DNA of 64,000 bases. Source: Alphaproteobacteria bacterium (GTDB taxonomy: Bacteria; Pseudomonadota; Alphaproteobacteria; Bin95). Each line of letters begins with the position of its first letter. Positions within the stretch are counted from its first letter, which is position 1. The notes below the pieces were generated by a model that saw only the letters and a list, made by a program, of their open reading frames with translations, made no database searches and had not been told where the DNA came from. Below are positions 53,289 through 63,375 of the stretch, piece after piece. The DNA is taken from assembly GCA_964291285.2 (NCBI GenBank), contig OZ219789.1:288001-352000 (forward strand), read 5' to 3'. The position numbers and the translations under genes are program-made.

Positions 53289-54296
53289 TCAGGTCGAACC
53301 CGGCGCGCCAGTGAAAGCCTCGCGCATCTCCCGACGTTCATCAAGGGCACCTACAACGTCGCGTGTTGTAAGTCGGCCCCGTTCATCCAGTATCGCGGTC
53401 TTCACCGCTTTCTCCGCTGCGCAGGCAAGTTCGGACTGGCTCAGGCCGCGCCCCGCATCGAGGATCCGTTTCCAAGCAAGATTTGGATACTTCATGGGCC
53501 TGAGATAAGCCTTGATGACCCCGCGTATCTCATCGTCGGTCGGCATCTCGAACGGCAGAACCATATCAAACCGTCGAAGCAATGCCCGATCAAGAAGGTC
53601 GGGATGATTGGTCGCACCGACGATGAGGCTGTCCGTCGCGTTCGGCTCTTCCATGAATTGCAGGAACGAGTTGAGGACCCTGCGCATCTCGGCGACATCG
53701 TTGGATGCGCTGCGATGCCCGCCAACGGCATCGAATTCGTCGAAGAGATAGACGCCGCGGCGTTTCGCCGTTTCATCGAATACGAGACGCAGTTTCGCGG
53801 CCGTCTCTCCCATGAAGCGCGTAATGAGCGCCTCCAGGCAGATGACGAACAACGGCAGTTTCAAGGCGCTGGCTAGTGCCTCTGCAGTCATGGTTTTTCC
53901 GGATCCCGGCGGCCCGACGAACAGAAGTCGTCGGCTGGGCGTTTTCCCGTGCTCACGAAGCCAGTCCCTGCGCACCTGTTCTCGAATCAGACCATCGAGT
54001 TGGCCCCGGAGCGAAGTGTTGAGCACGACGTCGTCAAGACGATACGAGGATCTGCGTACTTCTATGAGGCCGGCGAGTTCGCCGCGTGGCGTAGCGAACG
54101 GAACAGCGATCGTTTGCCCCTGACCGGAAAAACGGGTACGGGCAGTCTCTACGGCCTCCCGAAGCTCTTGCGCCAGACTGCGACGCCCTTGGCGAGCCTC
54201 GGACGCGGCGGCTTGGAGTGCGACGGTGAAAAACCGATCCTCATCGCCTGCAGCCTGACTGCGTAACATCTCAAGTATGTGCTTCGCACTGGACAT
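53289..54296 (-). CDS. AAA+ ATPase (IetA-like)
   Basis: GPPGSGKT, LFDEFD, ATNHPDLLDRALLRRFD. Confidence 0.9.
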   Translation of the reverse strand: MSSAKHILEMLRSQAAGDEDRFFTVALQAAASEARQGRRSLAQELREAVETARTRFSGQGQTIAVPFATPRGELAGLIEVRRSSYRLDDVVLNTSLRGQLDGLIREQVRRDWLREHGKTPSRRLLFVGPPGSGKTMTAEALASALKLPLFVICLEALITRFMGETAAKLRLVFDETAKRRGVYLFDEFDAVGGHRSASNDVAEMRRVLNSFLQFMEEPNATDSLIVGATNHPDLLDRALLRRFDMVLPFEMPTDDEIRGVIKAYLRPMKYPNLAWKRILDAGRGLSQSELACAAEKAVKTAILDERGRLTTRDVVGALDERREMREAFTGAPGST

Positions 54297-54556
54297 CTTC
54301 GGGAATGGTAGCATCTTCGTCTGAAAGTACAGCCAGCAATTCTCATGGAGAAATTTGCGCTGTGGGGTTTTTCCGGTCGGATGGGACGTTGGGTCCGGGT
54401 GGTGATGTTGTTTGTTCCGGCGTTCGAGGCGGTCGCTGCGGTTGATTTTCGAGCTTGAGCGGCCCAGCCCGGTAGCATCGCCGGCCCTCGGTCGCGGGTG
54501 TCCGTATGCCGGGGTCCGGCGGGTTGGGTCAGCGTTGTCGGCAGCCGGCTGAGGGG

Positions 54557-55420
54557 TCAGCCGGTATCGAGGTATGGCACCGGGCCGACCAGGGAGCGCA
54601 TGCGTGCGACGCGTCCGGCGCGGGCCTGTGCAAGCGCCATGGCCATCATGACCGCGAGCGCCATGCCGAGGCGTGTCTTCATCTTCGCGCGTCCGCGGAT
54701 GTAGTGGGTCTCGAAGTTGAAGCTGCGGTCGAGGCGGGCGTTGATCCGCTCCATGGCGGTGCGCCGGTTGTATCCGCGCCGCCACGACGGGCTGCCCCAG
54801 GGCGTGGGCGTGAAGATACGCCGGTCATGGCTGTCGAGGTCGACGCGCAGGATGCGGCCGTATTCGCCGGACTTCACCCCACCCGCCCGATGGCAGGCCC
54901 GGCGTCCCTTGCACTCGAAGCCGAAGGCGGCTGCGGGGCAGCGGTATTTGAGCGTGCCGCAGACGCCGCGCCCGGCCTCGAACCCCTGGAAGGCCATGGC
55001 GCGGACCTCGCCGGTCTGCGGGCACACGCAGGACACCCGGCCGCGTTCGTCATGAACGATGACGTCGGCGCGCCCGGGGAACAGCGGTCGCGTGATCGGC
55101 CGGGCCGGGTCATGGCCCGGCTCCTTCTTCTCGACCCGCCACATCAGGCGCGTGTCGATCAGCGGGCGGATATGCCACCTGTCCCACAACCGCGCCTTCA
55201 GGCGGGCGTTGTCGAGACCGCGGTCGGCGCTGAAGGTGGCGCAGCGCCCGGCCATCTCCGGCGCCCCGGCGAACAACTCCTCCACCATCCCGGACAGCGC
55301 CCCGGGCTCGGACGCCGACGCCCGCGTCACCTCGAAGGCCACAGGAACCTCGTAGTCCGTGTCGGCGATCAGGTGAAGCCCGTAGCCGAACCACGACTTC
55401 ACCTTCTTCCACACCGCGCC
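54557..55420 (-). pseudogene. 5'-truncated DDE transposase (IS5/IS4 superfamily)
   Basis: WFGYGLHL, ADRGLD, Y.RR...ERINARL; candidate terminal sequence CAGCAATTCTCATGGAGAAA at ~54334. Confidence 0.75.
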
Positions 55421-55539
55421 CGCACCGGTGGGTGCTAACTATCTGACGCAGCGTCGTTTTTTCTCCCGAAATGCAGCGGTCGGGCAAGCGGGTCGCAAGG
55501 GCCCGTTCCCCGGCTGCAACCGGAGCCGGGAGAAACGCA

Positions 55540-56664
55540 ATGGCGAAGACTACCCTTACCGAGGCGCGCGTGAAGGCGCTCAAGCCCCGCAGGTCCGTCC
55601 GCGAGGTCCGCGACGGCAGGCTGAGGGGGTTCGGCGTCCGTGTGTCGCCCTCGGGCCGCAAGCAGTTCTTCATCCACTGCCAGCATCGCGGCGTGCGCAT
55701 CTGGAAGATCGTCGGCGACGCCGGGTCGATGAGCGTCACGGACGCGCGGTCTGCGGCTGCGGACATGCTTGCCGCCATCAGGCGCGGCGGGGAGGCGCCG
55801 CCTGCGCCGGACGAGACGCTCTTCGAGGCCGTCGCCGAAACCGTGTTCGAGCGCCATGCGCGCCTCTGGAAGGCCGGAACGCTCGCTGTCAACCGCAGCT
55901 ATCTTCGCTGCCAGATCCTGCCGCATTTCGCGGGACGGCAAGTCGCGGACATCGACCGGCTGGAGGTAAGGAACTGGTTCGCCCGCCTGCGCGCGACGCC
56001 GGTGGCGGCGGACCGGTCGATGCCGGTGCTGTCCGTCATCATGAGGGAGGCGGAGGCCATGGGCCTGCGCCCGGAGGGTTCCAACCCCTGCCGGGGCATC
56101 AGGCGCTACCGCCGCAAGGGCCGCGAGCGGTTCCTCCCGGACGAGGAAATCCGCCGCCTGTCCGCACGGCTCAAGGCGCATGAGGCCCGCTGGCCGCAGC
56201 ATGTTGCCGTCATCCGCCTGCTGCTGCTGACCGGCTGCCGCAAGGGCGAGATCCTCACCCTGCAATGGTCCGATTACCGCGAAGGCCGCCTGTTTCTCCG
56301 CGATTCCAAGACGGGGCCGAGAACCGTCTGGCTGTCGGAGCCGGCCCGGACGGTGCTTGATCGTCTCGAGCGGAAGGGGCGATGGATATTCCCCGCATCT
56401 CGGGGCGACCGGCCCCGGAGCGGAAGCTGGCTGGACCACTTCTGGCGCAGGGTCCGCGCCGAGGCGGCGCTCGAAGACGCCCGCCTTCACGATTTGCGCC
56501 ATACGCATGCGAGCCTTGCCCTCAGGCAGGGCGTGACGGTGCTCGCCATCGGCCGGCTGCTGGGCCACCGCAGGCCGGAAACCACGCTGAAATATACCCA
56601 TGTCGCCGACGCCATGGTGCAGGACGCAGCCGAGACGGTCGGCGCCGTGCTGGAGGCAGACTGA
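55540..56664 (+). CDS. Tyrosine recombinase with arm-binding domain (pair C, first)
   Basis: GFGVRVSPSGRK arm domain; TGCRKGE, DSKTG, HDLRH, LLGH, KYTH. Confidence 0.92.
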   Translation: MAKTTLTEARVKALKPRRSVREVRDGRLRGFGVRVSPSGRKQFFIHCQHRGVRIWKIVGDAGSMSVTDARSAAADMLAAIRRGGEAPPAPDETLFEAVAETVFERHARLWKAGTLAVNRSYLRCQILPHFAGRQVADIDRLEVRNWFARLRATPVAADRSMPVLSVIMREAEAMGLRPEGSNPCRGIRRYRRKGRERFLPDEEIRRLSARLKAHEARWPQHVAVIRLLLLTGCRKGEILTLQWSDYREGRLFLRDSKTGPRTVWLSEPARTVLDRLERKGRWIFPASRGDRPRSGSWLDHFWRRVRAEAALEDARLHDLRHTHASLALRQGVTVLAIGRLLGHRRPETTLKYTHVADAMVQDAAETVGAVLEAD

Positions 56665-57875
56665 TGGCGGGCCGGGAACGGATGAAACTCACCGACGCCG
56701 CCGTCGCCCGTCTCCGCCCCCGCGAGCGGGAATATACGGTCTGGGACACGCGCATCGCCGGTCTCGGCGTCCGGGTGCGGCCCACCGGCGGGCGCAGCTG
56801 GGTGCTGCTGCTCGACAGCGGCGGGCGCACCAGGCGCGTCTCGCTCGGCCCGGTTGGCGTGAAGAGCGCCGCCGAAGCCCGCCGGGAGGCTCTCGAGCGC
56901 CAGGCGGCCCCGCAGCCGGAGGAGACAGCCGCGCCGCCCGGCGCGGCCCCGCTGTTCCGGAATTTCGTCGCGGGTTCGTGGAAGCAGGCACACTTCGACC
57001 GCTACAAGCCGTCGGGCCAGCAAACCGCGTCCGGAATACTCCGGCGACAATTGCTTCCCGCATTCGGCCCGAAGCCGCTCGACCGCATTGCGCCGGGCCA
57101 TGTCCGGCAGTGGTTCGACCGCTACAGCCGGACCGCACCCGGCGGCGCCAACCGCGCTTTCACCCTCCTTCACCAGATCATGAACTTCGCCCTCGCCTGC
57201 GGTCATGTCGAGGTCAATCCGGCCAGGGACACAAGAAGGAACCGCCGCCCGGCACTCACACGGTTCCTGTCCCGGGAGGAACTCGTCCGCCTCCATGCCG
57301 CCCTGGACGCGCAGACCCGGCAGGGTGCGCGGCGGCAGGCCGACATTATCCGCCTCCTGCTGCTGACCGGCTGCCGCAGAAGCGAGATCACGGGCCTCGG
57401 CTGGTCGGAAGTCCGCGAGGACGGGCTGGCGCTCACCGATGCCAAGACCGGACCGAGGACGGTCCCGCTCGGCAGCCGGGCCCGGGCCATTCTCGACCGG
57501 CAGCCGCGCACGGGCAGCGCGTTCGTGTTTCCCTCGCCGCGCGACCCCGCCCGCCCGCGCAGCCCCGACCTGCCGCTCTGGTACCGCGTCAGACACGAAG
57601 CCGGCATCGGGGATGTCCGCCTTCACGACCTGCGCCATACCATGGCCAGCCATGCGGTGATGAACGGCGTGCCCGTCCCGGTGGTCTCCCGCCTGCTCGG
57701 CCATTCCGATGTGCGCATGACGCTGCGCTACGCCCATATCGCCGACCGCGACATCGAGGCCGCCGCGGAACGCGTCGGGCAGGCGATGGCGCGGGCCATG
57801 GGGACGGACCGGCAAGGCCCCGGCGAGGGCTGGCCGGTCCCTGGCCTCCCGTGGCCCGCCCGGCCTTCGTCATGA
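56664..57875 (+). CDS. Tyrosine recombinase with arm-binding domain (pair C, second)
   Basis: TGATG overlap; TGCRRSE, DAKTG, HDLRH, LLGH, RYAH. Confidence 0.92.
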   Translation: MAGRERMKLTDAAVARLRPREREYTVWDTRIAGLGVRVRPTGGRSWVLLLDSGGRTRRVSLGPVGVKSAAEARREALERQAAPQPEETAAPPGAAPLFRNFVAGSWKQAHFDRYKPSGQQTASGILRRQLLPAFGPKPLDRIAPGHVRQWFDRYSRTAPGGANRAFTLLHQIMNFALACGHVEVNPARDTRRNRRPALTRFLSREELVRLHAALDAQTRQGARRQADIIRLLLLTGCRRSEITGLGWSEVREDGLALTDAKTGPRTVPLGSRARAILDRQPRTGSAFVFPSPRDPARPRSPDLPLWYRVRHEAGIGDVRLHDLRHTMASHAVMNGVPVPVVSRLLGHSDVRMTLRYAHIADRDIEAAAERVGQAMARAMGTDRQGPGEGWPVPGLPWPARPSS

Positions 57876-57993
57876 CCCGTGGGCCCGCCTTCTGGACGCC
57901 GCCGCCTGCCAGCGCGCCTGAGGGTGACCCCGGCCTCGTGCGCCGCCCTGCCTGCCCCGTTGCCGTTCGCGGCCTCGCCGCCGGCAGGAACTG

Positions 57994-58866
57994 TCACGGC
58001 GCCGGCTCCATGTTCGACCGTGCGGGGTCCGCTTCCAGGCGGGCGGCGAGCCTGTCGGCGCGCGGCTCGCCCAGGTCGCGCAGGACGGCGACCACGACCG
58101 GCGCGACATCCGGATGGCGCAAGGCGCAGCGTCCGAGCGCCACGATCGCCTCGTCATCGCCGATCGCGCCCAGCGCCTCGACGATCCCGTCCGAGGGCGC
58201 GGCGGCGAGTTCGGCAGTCAGCATGTCCCGGCCCGAAGCATCGCCCCGGCGCGCCAGCGCCATCGCCGCTCCCCGGCGGATCGACGGTTCCCGGTCGGAC
58301 AGCCCCTCCCGCAGCCGGGACACCGGCACGCCCGCCCCGGACGCGAGGTCGAAGGCCGCCGTGCGCACTCCCGGATCGTCATGGTCGAGGAACCCGGCAA
58401 CGAATGCGGCCGGCAGGACCAGCCCCGCCCCGACGGCGGATTGCAACGCAACCGGCAGCAATGAAGCCGGCAGGCCCGGCGAAAGGACGATCCGCTTCAA
58501 CGCGGCGCGCGCCCCGCTATCCTCCAGCCGCGCCAGGGTTTCCAGCACGGCGCACTGTTCCCGCAGCGGCCGATTGATGCCGAAGCCGCGGAGCCGGCAC
58601 CACAGCCCCTCCAGCGCCGGAACCGCCGCCGGCAACGACCGCGCGACGACCTCCGCACAGAGCGCGTCAATATCCGCCGGCCCCGCATCTGCAAGCCGCC
58701 CGGTCAGCTCGCCGTCGCAGAGCGACGCCAGCGCAGGGGCCGCAGGCCGGCCCAAATGCCCCGACCGGCCGCGGACATCAGTCCGCCTGCATCCGTCGAA
58801 CAGGTCCGGTTGACGGTCCGCCTCGGGCCGCTCCGGAGGGAAAGGGCTTGGTGTCCGGGCAGACAT
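57994..58866 (-). CDS. HEAT-repeat protein
   Basis: LDHDDPGVRTAA, LSDREPSIRRGAAMALARRG, VEALGAIGDDEAIVAL. Confidence 0.75.
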   Translation of the reverse strand: MSARTPSPFPPERPEADRQPDLFDGCRRTDVRGRSGHLGRPAAPALASLCDGELTGRLADAGPADIDALCAEVVARSLPAAVPALEGLWCRLRGFGINRPLREQCAVLETLARLEDSGARAALKRIVLSPGLPASLLPVALQSAVGAGLVLPAAFVAGFLDHDDPGVRTAAFDLASGAGVPVSRLREGLSDREPSIRRGAAMALARRGDASGRDMLTAELAAAPSDGIVEALGAIGDDEAIVALGRCALRHPDVAPVVVAVLRDLGEPRADRLAARLEADPARSNMEPAP

Positions 58867-58909
58867 CGGCGCAGCATATCCGACGATCGGCCACCACCGC
58901 CACGGCAAA

Positions 58910-59349
58910 CCACCGGCTGGACCTTTGCGCTCTTCATCATGATCAACCGCTTCGGGCTCTCCTTCGTCATCCCCTCGCTCAACACCGGCTCGCTGAGGGC
59001 GCTGCGCGCGGACCAGGTGCAGCAGGGCTCGGGGCTGGTGAACTTCACCCGGATGCTCGGCGGCGCCTGCGGCATCAACCTGCTGGTGGTCCTGCTGGAA
59101 ATGCGCACCGGCGTCTTCGCCGAGGCCTTCACCGCAACGCAGACCGCCGCCAACGCCGCCAGCATGGCGATGCTGGAGGGCGTCGGCCGGCTGGCGGCGG
59201 CCGGCGGGCTCGGGCCCGAGGAGGCGAGCGCGGCGGCGGCGCGCTATCTCGGCGAAGTCATGCTCGCGCAGGCGGAGGCGCAGGCCTTCGTCATGGCGCG
59301 CGCCGGCTTGCAGGAACCGCCGGCATCGGCGAGGCTGCAATCGGCATGA
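58910..59349 (+). pseudogene. C-terminal fragment of a DHA2/EmrB-type MFS transporter
   Basis: RFGLSFVIPSLN...GSGLVNFTRMLGGACGI; no N-terminus. Confidence 0.7.
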
Positions 59350-59904
59350 CCAACCGCCTCGTCATCGGCATCAGCGGCGCCTCGGGCGTCGTTTACGGCG
59401 TCCGCCTGCTGGAGCTTCTGGCGGAAAGCGCCGTCGAAACCCATCTGGTCATGACGCCGTCCGCAGAGGTCACGCTCGCGCATGAGACCGACCGCAAGGC
59501 GGCGGATGTCAAGGCGCTCGCCGACCGTGTTTACAACCCGCGCGACATCGCCGGCGCCATAGCCTCCGGCTCCTTCCGCACGCACGGCATGGTGGTCGCG
59601 CCCTGCTCGGTCCGGTCGCTCTCGGAGATCGCCTGGGGCACGACGACGAACCTGCTCACTGACGCTGAAGGAACGCCGCCGGCTGGTGCTGCTGGTGCGC
59701 GAAACGCCGCTGCATACGGGCCATCTGCGCGCCATGGCGGCGGCAAGCGAGAACGGCGCCGTGGTGATGCCGCCGGTCCCGGCCTTCTACGCCCGCCCGC
59801 AGAGCCTGGAAGAGATGATCGACCACACGCTCGGCCGCGCCCTCGACCTGTTCGAGATCGACCTCGGCACCGTCCGCCGCTGGCGCGAGCCGGAAAAAGG
59901 CTGA
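59346..59904 (+). pseudogene. ubiX: UbiX flavin prenyltransferase, frameshifted
   Basis: GISGASG, ASGSF, VAPCS; RAADV missing near 59660; LKERR..RETP..PAFY continues in another frame. Confidence 0.85.
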
Positions 59905-60162
59905 GCGGCGCGCCCGCCGTCAGTCGCCCCGACTCCGCCGGTTCAGCCAGCGGAAAAACACCAACGCGCCGACGACTGCGACCAGCATCCCCCGGCCGCC
60001 GAAGACCGCAAGCAGTAACGCCACAACACCGGCAGCGACAATAACTGCAACAATCTCATCCGGTGAAGCGCCCAGCGACAACGGAAGGGTAAACAAGGCG
60101 ACAACGAATCCGGTACCCCCTGCTGCTACAACAAAATACTCCTTCCAAAATCCTTTTCTTCC

Positions 60163-60456
60163 TTAATGTTTCCTCATCGCCTCACACAATTCATCGGCAC
60201 TGGATATGACCTTCCGGTTATCGAATAGGCTTTCATGCATTTCCGCCTCCGAATAACCCGTTGGCTTGCCGTTCTTTTTCCTCACAACCCAAGACGCACA
60301 TGGTCTCCTCTCCCCAAGATATTTCCCTACCGAACGAGGATGTGTATTCAACAAAGGTGCTACGGATCCGTATGTCGCCCGGATCTTCTTCTTGTTAAGA
60401 TAATCGAGGATTCGCTTTAAGGTTTCTTCCCTTGATCTATCCTTTCCGACCAACAT
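60163..60456 (-). CDS. Small basic protein with an MGMT/ATL-like HTH pattern
   Basis: ATYGSVA..L..HPRSVGKYL; low-GC segment. Confidence 0.55.
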   Translation of the reverse strand: MLVGKDRSREETLKRILDYLNKKKIRATYGSVAPLLNTHPRSVGKYLGERRPCASWVVRKKNGKPTGYSEAEMHESLFDNRKVISSADELCEAMRKH

Positions 60457-60471
60457 GGTTTCAGTCCGCTC

Positions 60472-61347
60472 CTAGATTGTTCCCTTTACGACCTCCGGCT
60501 TTAGCATCCGCGCACCACGTTCAGAAAATGATAGCGCGCCGGCTAATTTCCCTGCAAAGCCTTCGAGGCAGACCTTCAGCTCCAATGCCTTGTGGCAAGA
60601 TTTCTTCAAGAATGGCGAAGCCAACACGACATCAGCATAATACTTGCTTTCACCTGCTATTCTACTACCGTGAATTGGCGGACATGTCATAATCCACGCA
60701 TCGGGAAGATGCTCTTCCAGAATTTGGTCGAATTCTCGTCCGACATGATTGAAAGGGTTCAAATTGAGTACAAATAGCAAAACAGTAGAAGTTTTCGTCA
60801 TTTCTGCTACTCTCGGAATAATCTCCTTCGCCTTGTTGTTTCCTGATTTGCCGGGTTTAAGGAAATCCGCGAACGGATCAATCATTATAAGGTCCTCAGG
60901 TTCGGTCCGGCCCAAAATTCTCCCGAATGCTTCATAGGCATCGTATCCGCATTCTAACCCGCAGCCAGGAAACGCCTCTTCCAACATCGATAGCCCGGCA
61001 GCCCGCAGCCGTTGCCTACGGATCTCGTCACGATCGGAAACGAAGACGGAAACTCGATCATCGACAAGTTCCCCCAGTATTCTGACCAGTTGGCCACTGC
61101 CATAATAAAGCCGGTCTCTAATTCCTGTTTGCGCCTCTTGCAAAGCGCTTCCGGACAAGGCGCGGAGGCGGTGGATAATTTCTTCGGGTGTGTCGGAGCT
61201 TTGCGGTTCTCCTCCGAACAGGTCCAAGAAGCGAATCCGCCGTCTTCGGTCCGCGGCCAACCGCCAGCGGACAAACTCGGTCAGGACGCCGTGCTTGAGC
61301 AAGTCGCCTGCGTTGCCCATGTCGTAGGGGAGTTTTTCTTCTGTCAT
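60472..61347 (-). CDS. RlmJ-like SAM-dependent methyltransferase
   Basis: GNAGDLLKH, FLDLFGG, YYGS, IMIDPF in RlmJ motif order. Confidence 0.6.
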   Translation of the reverse strand: MTEEKLPYDMGNAGDLLKHGVLTEFVRWRLAADRRRRIRFLDLFGGEPQSSDTPEEIIHRLRALSGSALQEAQTGIRDRLYYGSGQLVRILGELVDDRVSVFVSDRDEIRRQRLRAAGLSMLEEAFPGCGLECGYDAYEAFGRILGRTEPEDLIMIDPFADFLKPGKSGNNKAKEIIPRVAEMTKTSTVLLFVLNLNPFNHVGREFDQILEEHLPDAWIMTCPPIHGSRIAGESKYYADVVLASPFLKKSCHKALELKVCLEGFAGKLAGALSFSERGARMLKPEVVKGTI

Positions 61348-61443
61348 CTACACAACACTCTGTAGTAATCTGCAACTTTACTTCGTCCAGACCGGCCACC
61401 GCTCTCCATCAATGCATGGCTGAAGGCTCGTCTCACCATCGCC

Positions 61444-63309
61444 TTACAAGCTCAGCACCATGCCTTCCCGCGCGGCCTGCGGGCCGGGCCGGTATTCGGC
61501 CGCTTCCGCAACAAGCCGGTCCATCGCCTCGTCGTCGCGGCGCGGGTCGTGGTGGATCCTGTCGTTGCCGTCGCCGCCGTGGAGCCTGTCGCTGCCGGCG
61601 CCGCCATACAGCATGTCGTCGCCGCCTTCGCCATACAGCCGGTCGTTGCCGTCCCCGCCGTTCAGCGTGTCGCCGCCGGCGCCGCCGTGGAGGATGTCGT
61701 TGTTGCCATCCCCGAACAGCGAGTCGCTGCCGCTGCCGCCATACAGCGTGTCCTTGCCATTGCCGCCGAAGAGCCTGTCGTCGCCGCCGCGCCCGTAGAG
61801 CACGTCAAACGCGTCCAGACCCTCGATGATGTCGTTGCCGCTGTCGCCGACGAGCAGGTCCTTCCTGTTCGTGCCAGTGAGCGTCTTCCCGGCCTGCGGG
61901 TCCGGATACTCCTTGTTCGGGTCGAAGTCCCAGATGAACTCGACCTTGTTCTTGAGCTCCTGCAGCTGCCGGGCAGTGAGATTCTCGAAGCCCTGGAACC
62001 GGGCCAGCACCTTCTGCGAGTCGCCCGTGCCAGTGACAAGGTGCGTGGTCACATCGTTCGGGTCCGTGATGCTCCGGACAAACCGGACATCGTCCCACGA
62101 GATGCTGAACGGCAACCGGATGTAGTCCTCCCTGACATTGAAGTCCCCGATGATGTCAGCAGCCCCGTCGCTGCTCCGGCCCTCGCTGATCACGAAGATG
62201 TCCCGGCCGGCATTGCCATAGAGCACATCCCGGCCATCGCCGCCGTCGAGCCGGTCGTGGCCATCCCCGCCGTAAAGCCCGTCGTCGCCGCCGCCGCCGT
62301 AGAGCAGGTCGTTGCCGCCGTCGCCGTCCAGCGAGTCCATGCCCGCACCGCCCCAAAGCGTGTCGTTGCCGCGGCCACCAATCAGCCTGTCGTCACCGTC
62401 CTCGCCGCGAAGGACATCGTTGCCTTGGCCGCCGACGAGAGCGTCGTCTCCCGCGCCGCCCGTGAGCGTGTCTTCGCCGCCGTGGCCGTAGATATGGTCG
62501 GAATGCGCGGTGCCCCGAATGGTGTTGTCATTATGGTCGCCGTTGATCCAGTCCCCGCTCGCGGTCTCCAGGAACTCGTCAATCTTCCCTTTCGCCACCA
62601 TCACGGCTTCGGCGTCATCGGGATTGACTTCCTCCTCGAACTTGAGCTCGGCGAGTACCTTGTTGCCGAGCATGATCCGGAAGTGGGCCTTCCCGTAGTG
62701 GCCGTCGGGGTGGTGGACAATGGTGAGCTCCGCCCCGTCCCGGATCCCGGTCACGTAGATGTAGTCGTGCCAATGCCGGAAATCCTCGATATAGACATAG
62801 CTGTCGGGGTTGAGGATGAAATGGTCGCCCCCATGGCCGCCATGGAGGAGGCTTCCCTGCGGATCACCGGCCTGGTAGGAGATCGGCCCCCGGCCAAGCG
62901 TCGCGTCGGTCAGCGCGCCGGTGCCGTCGTCCTGCCGGTTGCTCGCCTTGAGCTTGCCCGCAATCAGGAAGTCGTTGTGGGAGCCGCCGTAGAGGCGGTC
63001 AGCGATCTGGTCCTTCTGGTTCCCGACCAGGATGTCGTCGCCCCAGCCGCCGCGCAGGGTGTTCGGTCCGTTGCCGCCTTCGAGATAGTCGCGCCCGCCA
63101 CCGCCGTGTGCATCGCTGCCGCCGCCGGAATCCTTGAACCAGTCATTGCCCTTCTGTCCGATGAAGGTGTCCTGGCCTGCCCCTCCGACGACGTTCATCG
63201 GGCCTTCGTAGGGACTTCCGCCGTCCCCGCGCCTGGCCTCGTATCGGTTAGCCCCGGTATCCCGGGATCGATCCACCGTCTCTTCGCTGCCGATGAAATG
63301 GGTCGTCAT
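61444..63309 (-). CDS. RTX-type calcium-binding repeat protein
   Basis: Many GGxGxDxLx nonapeptides in three clusters; GAGGAGG RBS. Confidence 0.92.
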   Translation of the reverse strand: MTTHFIGSEETVDRSRDTGANRYEARRGDGGSPYEGPMNVVGGAGQDTFIGQKGNDWFKDSGGGSDAHGGGGRDYLEGGNGPNTLRGGWGDDILVGNQKDQIADRLYGGSHNDFLIAGKLKASNRQDDGTGALTDATLGRGPISYQAGDPQGSLLHGGHGGDHFILNPDSYVYIEDFRHWHDYIYVTGIRDGAELTIVHHPDGHYGKAHFRIMLGNKVLAELKFEEEVNPDDAEAVMVAKGKIDEFLETASGDWINGDHNDNTIRGTAHSDHIYGHGGEDTLTGGAGDDALVGGQGNDVLRGEDGDDRLIGGRGNDTLWGGAGMDSLDGDGGNDLLYGGGGDDGLYGGDGHDRLDGGDGRDVLYGNAGRDIFVISEGRSSDGAADIIGDFNVREDYIRLPFSISWDDVRFVRSITDPNDVTTHLVTGTGDSQKVLARFQGFENLTARQLQELKNKVEFIWDFDPNKEYPDPQAGKTLTGTNRKDLLVGDSGNDIIEGLDAFDVLYGRGGDDRLFGGNGKDTLYGGSGSDSLFGDGNNDILHGGAGGDTLNGGDGNDRLYGEGGDDMLYGGAGSDRLHGGDGNDRIHHDPRRDDEAMDRLVAEAAEYRPGPQAAREGMVLSL

Positions 63310-63347
63310 GGAGATCCCTCCTCAAGGTCAGGTGAGCAATGTCCTTG

Positions 63348-63375
63348 CCAATACCGGGGGGGGGGGTGAAGTCAA
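63348..63375 (-). promoter_or_regulatory. Putative promoter with a C11 tract in the spacer
   Basis: Minus strand TTGACT-TCA-C11-GG-TATTGG, about 40 nt upstream of the RTX start. Confidence 0.6.

Noticed and set aside
54297-54785. N-terminal extension of the AAA ATPase ORF
   Set aside because: Runs through the adjacent IS remnant; the ATPase plausibly starts at MSSAKH (54296)
55423-58916. CACCGG at both junctions of the integrase-HEAT unit as an att core
   Set aside because: A 6-bp GC-rich match is expected by chance, and the two flanking truncated genes are unrelated
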